Shown piece by piece: positions 56,753 to 64,000 of a DNA stretch of 64,000 nt; the stretch's first letter is position 1, and each line of letters begins with the position of its first letter. The stretch lies in contig NZ_JBFFOE010000005.1 in the NCBI RefSeq assembly GCF_041562875.1, forward strand, positions 454 through 64,453. The letters are read 5' to 3'. Source of the stretch: Lutibacter sp. GTDB taxonomy: Bacteria > Bacteroidota > Bacteroidia > Flavobacteriales > Flavobacteriaceae. Made by a program: the position numbers and the translations under genes. The notes below the pieces were generated by a model. The model ran no database searches and was not told where the DNA came from. It worked only from the letters and a program-made list of their open reading frames with translations.

Positions 56753-58018
56753 TTAATCTACTTTATCTAAAACTTTTACATAAACTTCCATAATTTTTGA
56801 TGTATCTACTTTCAACATTTTAAAATGTAAATTGTTAATTTCAATAATTTCATCTTGCTTTGGGATATCTTCATTATGATACACAATAAAACCGCCTAAA
56901 GTTTCATATGCTTCATTATCTTCTATATTTAAATCATACGCTTCATTTAAATAATCAACTTCTAAACGTGCAGAAAATTCAAATTCTCTCTCATTAATCT
57001 TATTTTCTAACAGTTCAACAGTATCATGTTCATCTACTATTTCACCAAATAATTCTTCTACAATATCTTCAACCGTTATAATACCTGATGTTCCTCCAAA
57101 TTCATCTAAAACAACAGAAATGCTTTTCTTTTTTTTAATTAAAACATTCAATACATTGTTAATCATCATACTTTCTGGAACAAATTCAACTGATAATAAT
57201 ATAGATTGAATTGTGGTTGGATTTTTAAACAATTCAAAAGCATGTGCATAACCTAAAACATCATCTAAAGAATCCTTATAAACTAAGATCTTAGAATAAC
57301 CCGTTTTAATAAACAATGCTTTCAAATTTGTAATACTTTCATTAATATCAACTGCTACAATTTCAGTACGTGGAATCATAATTTCACGTGCTTTTACATT
57401 GTCAAATTCTAATGCATTTTGAAAAATTTGGATCTCAGAATCCACTTCCTCACTATTTTTTGAGTTTTCAAGTTGCTTAATAATATAATTACCCAGTTCT
57501 TCTTTGCTAAATTCGGTCTGATTAACAACTTTTGAAGAGTTAAAAAATAGTTTTAAAAAGAAATCGGTAATTAATGTAATAAAATCAGCTATAAAGTGAA
57601 AAATAATGTAAAAGAAGTATGCTAGTGGTGCAAAAATTAAAAGTGCTTCATTGGCGTAAATTCTAAATATAGCTTTTGGTAAAAATTCAGCAGTTACTAA
57701 AATTATTAAAGTTGAAATTAATGTTTGTATAATTAAAACGTAAAATTCATTCAACTTACCAATTGGTAATAAACTTGTTATGAAAGCTCCCATAAAGAAA
57801 CTATAAACCACCAATGCAATATTATTACCAACTAACATTGTTGTAATAAATTTAGAGGGTTTAGAAGTTAATCTTGTTAAGATTTTTGGAATAATTCCAT
57901 CTTTCTTTTTTTCGAGCTCTATTTGAAATTTATTTGCTGAAACATAAGCTATTTCCATTCCTGAAAAAAAAGCAGAGAGTAATATTGAAGTTAATATAAA
58001 TGCAATTTGTATTTCCAT
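56753..58018 (-). CDS. Hemolysin/CNNM family protein (DUF21, CBS pair, CorC_HlyC)
   Basis: SAFFSGMEIA, TTMLVGNN, AEFLPK, VLDEFGGTSGIITVEDIVEELFGEI, YETLGG. Confidence 0.93.
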   Translation of the reverse strand: MEIQIAFILTSILLSAFFSGMEIAYVSANKFQIELEKKKDGIIPKILTRLTSKPSKFITTMLVGNNIALVVYSFFMGAFITSLLPIGKLNEFYVLIIQTLISTLIILVTAEFLPKAIFRIYANEALLIFAPLAYFFYIIFHFIADFITLITDFFLKLFFNSSKVVNQTEFSKEELGNYIIKQLENSKNSEEVDSEIQIFQNALEFDNVKAREIMIPRTEIVAVDINESITNLKALFIKTGYSKILVYKDSLDDVLGYAHAFELFKNPTTIQSILLSVEFVPESMMINNVLNVLIKKKKSISVVLDEFGGTSGIITVEDIVEELFGEIVDEHDTVELLENKINEREFEFSARLEVDYLNEAYDLNIEDNEAYETLGGFIVYHNEDIPKQDEIIEINNLHFKMLKVDTSKIMEVYVKVLDKVD

Positions 58019-58213
58019 TTATTTTTTATTTCTGTTTTCTAATCGTTTTCTAAATTGTTTTTTAAAGAAATACATAAAGACTGCTAATACTGAAAACAGT
58101 AAAAAAAGATAAGCACGTTCCTTATTTTCATTCCAATTTATGACCGTTTCTACAATAAATACAATTGCAATTATTAAATAACCATATTCAAATATTCTCC
58201 AAATTTTTTGCAT
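58019..58213 (-). CDS. Small two-TM hypothetical protein
   Basis: Two hydrophobic segments and a basic tail; tightly packed between lptC and the CNNM gene. Confidence 0.75.
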   Translation of the reverse strand: MQKIWRIFEYGYLIIAIVFIVETVINWNENKERAYLFLLFSVLAVFMYFFKKQFRKRLENRNKK

Positions 58214-58216
58214 TGT

Positions 58217-58777
58217 TTATTCTTTAATATTAATAATTCCACTCTGGTTTTTCACCCACCAATTTTTTAAATCTTCAGAAGCTTCAAAACCAGTTCCTTT
58301 TATAGTATCCGTTAAAGTATAAAACGTAAATTTCTTTTCTGTAAAATAATAATGGGATTTCTGATCCCAGTATATTTGTTCCGTTTTTAATTTACTTTTA
58401 TCGGCGTAATTAATAATTATAACATTGTTTTTAATTTCAGATATCTCAGTTTTAGTGTAAGCCATAGCGTAATCTCCTTCAACTGTTATAGAATCCCCAT
58501 TTTTATCAATTGAAGTAATTTTAATTCCTTTTGGAAACTCTGAATATGGGTGTGAACTTCTATTCCCAAAATCTAACATAATTGGCGCTTTCATTTTAAT
58601 ATTTACCCTGCCAGAATCTGTATGAATGTGGTTAATATTATAGGCTTCTCCAATTGGCAGGTTTTTATCTGCTAAAAAATCTCGTACTTCTTTTACGTCA
58701 TTTGTACAAGAAAAAAGCATTGCTACTAGTAATACTGTAGCAATGCTTTTAATTTTATTCACAACTGATTTTGTCAT
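58217..58777 (-). CDS. lptC: LPS export periplasmic protein LptC
   Basis: Lipobox LFSC, HTDSGRV, EFPKGI, LKTEQIYWDQ, GTGFEASEDL. This is the Bacteroidota LptC pattern. Confidence 0.85.
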   Translation of the reverse strand: MTKSVVNKIKSIATVLLVAMLFSCTNDVKEVRDFLADKNLPIGEAYNINHIHTDSGRVNIKMKAPIMLDFGNRSSHPYSEFPKGIKITSIDKNGDSITVEGDYAMAYTKTEISEIKNNVIIINYADKSKLKTEQIYWDQKSHYYFTEKKFTFYTLTDTIKGTGFEASEDLKNWWVKNQSGIINIKE

Positions 58778-58809
58778 TCAACAAATATATCAATTATACT
58801 GTTTTAAAT

Positions 58810-60171
58810 CTAATCTTTTGATTGAACTCTAACAGTCTCATTAATCCAACATCCAATTTTATGAGTTGTACCTTCATCTATTGCTGCCGCAAATAAATCT
58901 TTTTTAGATGGTAAATTTTCAGAATATGAATTTATATATTTATTTGCCATACCACTAATACTTGGATCTACAGATTTTGCTTTTAATGCTTTATTTAATG
59001 CTGCTACATAAACCATTCTTTTAGAAACCACATCAGTACCACAAGAGTTTGCACTAGATGCATACATCCCCGCGATTAACAAATATGCTCTACCCATTGT
59101 TGGAGCATATTCTAAAGCTTTATAAGCATAGATTCTTGCTTCTCCCTTTCTTCCTTGTTTACTTAAAATTTGACCTATTGTCAATAAATATTTAGCTTTC
59201 TTATAAGAATCCGTTTCTTGATCAACAGCCTTCTTAAAATACTCCATAGCTTTATTTGTTTCGCCGTTTTTCATTAAAATACCTGCATAAAAAACAGATG
59301 CTTGTGGTGAAGGATCAGCCTTAACGTAAGCTTCTACTAATGTGTCGTAAAAAGAATCATCTGTACATTCTTTGTTGTACATCCTTGAAACTGCTCTTTT
59401 TAACCATACTGCATCATTCTTCTTTTCTTCAAAATATTTTTTATTTAAAGGAATTAAATTCTCACAAGTAGAAATTTCAGAAATCTTTGAATCTAAACCA
59501 CCTTCAACAATTGATAAATTTGTTAAAATTTGTTGATAATCACCTCTTCTTTTTTTATCTTTAGCACTCAATGTTGTTGAATCCTTTGCATTAATTTCTT
59601 CAATTTTTTTTGAGTATGCCTCACGTTTCAATTCAATACCTTCTCCAACTTGGTCATATGTATCAAAAACAATTTGAGCATTTGTATCTTTATTTTTCTT
59701 CAAAATAATATCAAAATACGTATAAATATTTTTAGATCCCATCTCAGTTGCATCCTCTTTAAAAGCTTTTTCTAACCAGACATACACCTCTTCTTCTGAC
59801 GCACCCTGCTCAGCTTTAAATGTTGCAATCTTATCATATATATCGGCAAAATCTTTTGGAAAATGTTCTAACCTTTGGTTATAAACTCTCATTACCAAAT
59901 TAGCTGCTGCTGCCTTTTCACTTACAGATGCATTCTCTAATTTATGCTCAGCTATTTTAATACCAAATTTATAGATATTTACTGATAGTGTTGGACAATT
60001 ATCCATACACCACATCCAATTTTCATAAGCGGCATCATATTTTTTGGCTTGATAATCGCCTTTAAATAGATTGTATTTAATATTACAATCAGCGTCAGCT
60101 TGTGAAAAAGCGACTGGAGCTGATAGTATAAAAAATAATAAAGCTAAAATTTGTATTGCTTTTTTCATCAT
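58810..60171 (-). CDS. Secreted tetratricopeptide-repeat protein
   Basis: Signal peptide, helical TPR-like repeats (AMEYFKKAV, ARIYAYKAL), several Cys. Confidence 0.82.
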   Translation of the reverse strand: MMKKAIQILALLFFILSAPVAFSQADADCNIKYNLFKGDYQAKKYDAAYENWMWCMDNCPTLSVNIYKFGIKIAEHKLENASVSEKAAAANLVMRVYNQRLEHFPKDFADIYDKIATFKAEQGASEEEVYVWLEKAFKEDATEMGSKNIYTYFDIILKKNKDTNAQIVFDTYDQVGEGIELKREAYSKKIEEINAKDSTTLSAKDKKRRGDYQQILTNLSIVEGGLDSKISEISTCENLIPLNKKYFEEKKNDAVWLKRAVSRMYNKECTDDSFYDTLVEAYVKADPSPQASVFYAGILMKNGETNKAMEYFKKAVDQETDSYKKAKYLLTIGQILSKQGRKGEARIYAYKALEYAPTMGRAYLLIAGMYASSANSCGTDVVSKRMVYVAALNKALKAKSVDPSISGMANKYINSYSENLPSKKDLFAAAIDEGTTHKIGCWINETVRVQSKD

Positions 60172-60186
60172 CGTATCCTTTTTAAT

Positions 60187-61473
60187 TTAAAATATTTCTA
60201 ATTTTTTGAACCATTTATCGTTTAATGAAAGGCTTAATCTAAAGTTAAAATAATTTTCTTTTACTAAACCATTATTTGTGTTTCCCCTTTTACCAAGTTC
60301 AAATCCAAGATTTATATTTGATAATTGTTGACTCAATGGTAATCCTACTCCAAAAGATATGCCAAAATCGTCTATTGCAGTAAAATCATTTCCAGTTCCA
60401 GCAGGATCTACTAACAATCCTGTTTTTTCAAATTTCAAACCAGCTCTATAAGTAACTCTATCCCAGTAACTTGAAATAGAATTAAATTTAGGAGTATAAA
60501 ATCCACCCAATGCTATTTTACTATAATTATCATAAGCAATTTTAGAATAACTATTAAAAACACTACCTTCTAATTTTAATGCATCTTGAAAACTATAATC
60601 TACACCAGCACCCCATTTATTTTTTTGTCCAATACCAGCACCTAAAGTTGTTTTTATAGGAGATTTCAATTCTCCAATACTATTAATACTTAAAATAGTA
60701 TCTCTTGGTGATTCATAAGATCCTAAAGAAACAGAATACAAATATTCATTTCCTTTAGTTTTTGTTGTGTTATTCAAATCAAAACTAGCCCCAAAACTCA
60801 AATCTATTTTATCACTTAAATCTTTTTCATACTGAAAACCAATACTTAAAGAATACCCCTTCACATTTGAAACTGTTTCGTATTTTGTTGCTAATAAAGC
60901 ATCAGCTGTTTGATTAATTATACTATTTTCAATTTTACCAAAAATATAATTCCCTTGTAAACCTACACTAACGCCTTTAAATGGTTTGTAACCAAAATTC
61001 AAAAAAACTTTATTTGTTCCTCCTTCTCCACTGTAAAGTGTAGCTTCCGTTAAAACATCTTCAGTATCTAAAACATTTGACACCAATGAATAACCTACGG
61101 AAGAATTAGGCAACAAACCAAAAGACAAACCACCTTTCTCTCCTAATGGAACTCCTAAAGCTAAATATGAAAGATATGTTGCAGCAGCACTTTGCTTGCT
61201 ATTACTATCTTGCGCTTTTATATTCTTATTTTCAATTGCCAAAGTGTATGTTGTAAATGACAAAGAAGCTACTGAAGCAGGGTTCGAAAAATTTAAATGG
61301 TATACATCATTTAAAGCAACTCCTACTCCACCCATACTTAACTGTTCAACAGTATTTAGATTGTTTTTATCTCCAATACCAAAAAAAGAATAAGCTGATG
61401 TGTTGTTTTTTTGAGCAAAAGTAGCAGATGATATAAATAGTGTTATGACTACTGCTAATATTTTTTTTATCAT
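60187..61473 (-). CDS. Outer-membrane beta-barrel protein (FadL-like fold)
   Basis: Signal peptide, TSAYSFFGIGD, MGGVG, NPAS hatch-like motif, amphipathic strands, C-terminal Phe. Confidence 0.8.
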   Translation of the reverse strand: MIKKILAVVITLFISSATFAQKNNTSAYSFFGIGDKNNLNTVEQLSMGGVGVALNDVYHLNFSNPASVASLSFTTYTLAIENKNIKAQDSNSKQSAAATYLSYLALGVPLGEKGGLSFGLLPNSSVGYSLVSNVLDTEDVLTEATLYSGEGGTNKVFLNFGYKPFKGVSVGLQGNYIFGKIENSIINQTADALLATKYETVSNVKGYSLSIGFQYEKDLSDKIDLSFGASFDLNNTTKTKGNEYLYSVSLGSYESPRDTILSINSIGELKSPIKTTLGAGIGQKNKWGAGVDYSFQDALKLEGSVFNSYSKIAYDNYSKIALGGFYTPKFNSISSYWDRVTYRAGLKFEKTGLLVDPAGTGNDFTAIDDFGISFGVGLPLSQQLSNINLGFELGKRGNTNNGLVKENYFNFRLSLSLNDKWFKKLEIF

Positions 61474-61476
61474 TTA

Positions 61477-62199
61477 TTATAAATTATATTTCAAAATTCT
61501 GTTTAAGCCTTCTAACAAAAAAAAAGGATTGGCAAATATGCTATTTTTTAATCTATTTGCCAAGAAATTTGTGTCTCCTCCTGTTAAAACTACTGTTAAA
61601 TCTTTATTTTTTTCTCTATATTGATTTATAAAACTATCAATTTCACTTATAACGCCATTGATTACACCTGAATGAATGCATTTTTCTGTTGAATCGCCAA
61701 TTAATTGATTTATATATTCTGGCTCTAATAATGGTAACTTATTAGTAAATGCATTTAATGCTTTATATCGCATATTAATTCCTGGAGAAATTGCTCCTCC
61801 AAAATAACTTCCTTTCAAATCTACAAAATCATAAGTAATGCATGTTCCTGCATCTATAATTAACACATTTTTGTTTGGAAATTTTAAAATTGCTGAAGAT
61901 ACTAAAGCAATTCTATCAACTCCTAACGTTTTTGGTGTTGAATATTCGTTTTTAAACGGAACTTTTGTAAAAAAACTGAGCTCTATGAGGTTAATTTGGG
62001 TTCGTAATTTATTAATTTGAGATTTTTTCACTGAAGCAACAGAAGAAATTATAGCGTTTGTACACTCATACTTTTTTATGAGCTCCATCGCAATAGTCAT
62101 AAAATTTTCTATGGTAATGCTTTCATTATGAATTAATTTACTATTATTAAAAACAGCAAGTTTAATTTTTGTGTTACCAACATCTATTACTAAGTTCAT
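61477..62199 (-). CDS. coaX: Type III pantothenate kinase
   Basis: IDVGNT, LGVDR, IIDAGTCITYD, GGAISPG, LTGGD. Confidence 0.96.
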   Translation of the reverse strand: MNLVIDVGNTKIKLAVFNNSKLIHNESITIENFMTIAMELIKKYECTNAIISSVASVKKSQINKLRTQINLIELSFFTKVPFKNEYSTPKTLGVDRIALVSSAILKFPNKNVLIIDAGTCITYDFVDLKGSYFGGAISPGINMRYKALNAFTNKLPLLEPEYINQLIGDSTEKCIHSGVINGVISEIDSFINQYREKNKDLTVVLTGGDTNFLANRLKNSIFANPFFLLEGLNRILKYNL

Positions 62200-62296
62200 C
62201 TATATTTATTATGGAGTTCAAAAATACAACAGATTTTTTTAAAATTGTTTTGATTAGTATAAAAAATACTTATATATTTGCATCCGCTAAGGCAAT

Positions 62297-62369
62297 GGTA
62301 CCTTAGCTCAGTTGGTAGAGCAAAGGACTGAAAATCCTTGTGTCCCTGGTTCGATTCCTGGAGGTACCA
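62297..62369 (+). tRNA. tRNA-Phe (anticodon GAA)
   Basis: Acceptor GGTACCT/AGGTACC, D-arm GCTC/GAGC, anticodon arm AAGGA-CTGAAAA-TCCTT, TTCGATT T-loop. TATATTTG promoter upstream. Confidence 0.97.
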
Positions 62370-62370
62370 C

Positions 62371-62401
62371 AAAAAACCCGAACAATTTGTTCGGGTTTTT
62401 T
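62371..62401. terminator. Bidirectional terminator after tRNA-Phe
   Basis: AAAAAACCCGAACAA-t-TTGTTCGGGTTTTTT. Confidence 0.85.
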
Positions 62402-62461
62402 ATTAAAAAAGGTTTTAAAAGTAAATTTTTATTATCGATTTTAATTTTATCTATAATTTAT

Positions 62462-62764
62462 TTATTCATCTTCATCATCTAAATCTACATCTTCTAAATC
62501 CAAATCTAAATCATCACTAATTTCAGAACCTAGCATATCATCTTCATCTTCATCATGATTTTCCATACTATCAACCAATTCATCACTTATTTTAACTAAG
62601 TAAATAGTATCACTTGTTGAAACTTGAACAGCTTCAACATAGTGTCCATTTTGATTCGTGAACTTTATTATATCTCTAATTCCATAACCATCAGGAAATT
62701 TTTCCACCAATAAATTTAGGATTTCTGTGGTTAATTTTTTATAATCTACAATGATTCTTTTCAT
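62462..62764 (-). CDS. Small protein of unknown function with a highly acidic tail
   Basis: MKRIIVDYKKLT..EKFPDGY..IYLVK followed by a D/E-rich C-terminus. Confidence 0.8.
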   Translation of the reverse strand: MKRIIVDYKKLTTEILNLLVEKFPDGYGIRDIIKFTNQNGHYVEAVQVSTSDTIYLVKISDELVDSMENHDEDEDDMLGSEISDDLDLDLEDVDLDDEDE

Positions 62765-62956
62765 AACAAATCAGTTAAAATTTAACTAAAAAAATAAATT
62801 ATTATTTGATTAACTTTTTCTGTAAGTTCAAATATAGAAAATATTTCAATCCAAAATAAAAATGGCATTACATTTTTATTTCAACAAATATTAATTATAA
62901 GACATAAAAAAACCAAGATATCTCTTGGTTTCTACTAAAATATTTTGAAAATAAAA

Positions 62957-63856
62957 TTAAAGCATCATTAAGTTACTAACTTCTAGTTCAGTTAAATGAC
63001 GATAATGCCCACGTGGTAGATCTTTCTTTGTTAAACCTGCAAAAATTACACGATCTAATTTAACCACACTATAGTTAAAGTGTTCAAAAATTCTACGTAC
63101 AATTCGGTTTCTTCCTGAGTGAATTTTAACTCCTATCTCACTCTTTGGCTGATTTATAATATATGAAATTTCATCAACTAGCACTCTTTTTTCATCTAAA
63201 ATAAAACCGTCAGCTATTTTCTGCATATCACTCATAGCCAACTTTTTATCTAAAGAAGCATGATACAATTTTTGAATATTGTGTTTCGGATGCGTTAGTT
63301 TTTTTGCCAATTCACCATCATTCGTAAAAAGCAACAAACCTGTCGTATTCCTATCTAATCTTCCAACTGGGTAAATACGTTCTTTTGAAGCATTTGCAAT
63401 TAACTCCATTACCGTTTTACGTCCTCTATCATCATCCATTGTGGTAATAAAGTTTTTTGGTTTATTTAATAAAACATATCGTTTTTTTTCAGGACTAATT
63501 AACGAACCATCAAACTTAACAACATCATTTGGCATTACTTGATAACCCATTTCGTTAACCAACTTACCATTTACCGATGCACTTCCCGCTTTAATATAAA
63601 CATCAGCTTCTCTACGTGAACAAATACCAGAATTTGAGATGTACTTATTTAAACGAATACCTTCGTTCTCTGTTGTATTTTTTTCTGGTTTTGGAGTTGT
63701 AGTTTCTTTTGAAATTGGTCTCTCTTTTTTAAAAGCAGGCTTATCTTTAAAGCTTTTAGTAAATTTTTTTTTACTATCAAATTTTGGCTTAGAAGTATTT
63801 GAAGTTGTCTTATTTCCTTGTTGTCGTCCTCTCGACGAGTTTTTACTTGAATTCAT
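62957..63856 (-). CDS. rRNA pseudouridine synthase (RluB/RsuA family)
   Basis: S4 domain IRLNKYISNSGICSRREAD, LNKPK, YPVGRLDRNTTGLLLFTNDG, GRNRIVRR. Confidence 0.95.
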   Translation of the reverse strand: MNSSKNSSRGRQQGNKTTSNTSKPKFDSKKKFTKSFKDKPAFKKERPISKETTTPKPEKNTTENEGIRLNKYISNSGICSRREADVYIKAGSASVNGKLVNEMGYQVMPNDVVKFDGSLISPEKKRYVLLNKPKNFITTMDDDRGRKTVMELIANASKERIYPVGRLDRNTTGLLLFTNDGELAKKLTHPKHNIQKLYHASLDKKLAMSDMQKIADGFILDEKRVLVDEISYIINQPKSEIGVKIHSGRNRIVRRIFEHFNYSVVKLDRVIFAGLTKKDLPRGHYRHLTELEVSNLMML

Positions 63857-64000
63857 TTTTTATATTTTTTGCAAAAGTAATATATTCTTCTGATAATTAA
63901 CTAAATAATTATTTTATTTAAGCAGTATTTTATTTATAATCACAGAGTAATCAATTAAGGCTAAACTAAATACACCCGTTATAATTAATAATTTTAAAAT

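Noticed and set aside
728-63893. Short ORFs in the track that overlap real genes (e.g. 728-946, 858-1157, 1952-2140, 3704-3937, 4606-4803, 6558-6917, 10245-10460, 13327-13614, 16684-16881, 19253-19447, 22529-22864, 23414-23671, 24712-24921, 28231-28461, 28269-28667, 30509-30718, 36557-36778, 36794-37039, 44838-45029, 46416-46637, 52799-53098, 53148-53357, 54025-54213, 54454-54636, 61196-61393, 61838-62020, 63639-63893)
   Set aside because: They are antisense or shadow frames of well-supported genes with no recognisable motifs, as expected by chance.
1-64000. Mobile elements, prophage or defence systems
   Set aside because: No transposase, integrase, phage or known defence motifs are present, and no tRNA-derived att duplication is visible.

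Overview
AT-rich chromosomal segment of a Flavobacteriaceae (Bacteroidota) bacterium, judged from TAnnTTTG promoters, A-rich translation starts and gene content; a Lutibacter-like genus is my inference. Most of the window is housekeeping: thrS-infC-rpmI-rplT, prfA, purM, a biotin-dependent carboxylase, clpS/prmA/tpiA/pyrF, folP-cdaA, truA, rho, the coaX-OMP-TPR-lptC-CBS-PPIase cluster, tRNA-Arg(ACG) and tRNA-Phe(GAA). Four parts stand out. (1) An expanded curli (functional amyloid) locus at 12.0-21.8 kb. It has three chemically different major curlins, two CsgB-like nucleators, a CsgH-like/CsgE fusion, CsgF, a CsgG fused to an extra beta-barrel, and a beta-propeller lipoprotein. Each major curlin has a homologous promoter (TTTGCAWA starting exactly 40 nt from a TAnnTTAG box) and a ~220-235-nt leader that looks structured. 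(2) A phased CCC-N11-GGG palindrome, repeated four times at 52-53-bp spacing upstream of glnK-amtB-porin and found again between the divergent GSIII and GSII genes. This is a candidate nitrogen-regulon operator. (3) A leader-peptide attenuator upstream of an MFS transporter. (4) A three-gene operon: outer-membrane barrel, DUF1611-like P-loop protein, and an ABC exporter with a degenerate catalytic site. I found no mobile element, CRISPR array or pseudogene. Family assignments come from motif recognition, not database searches.
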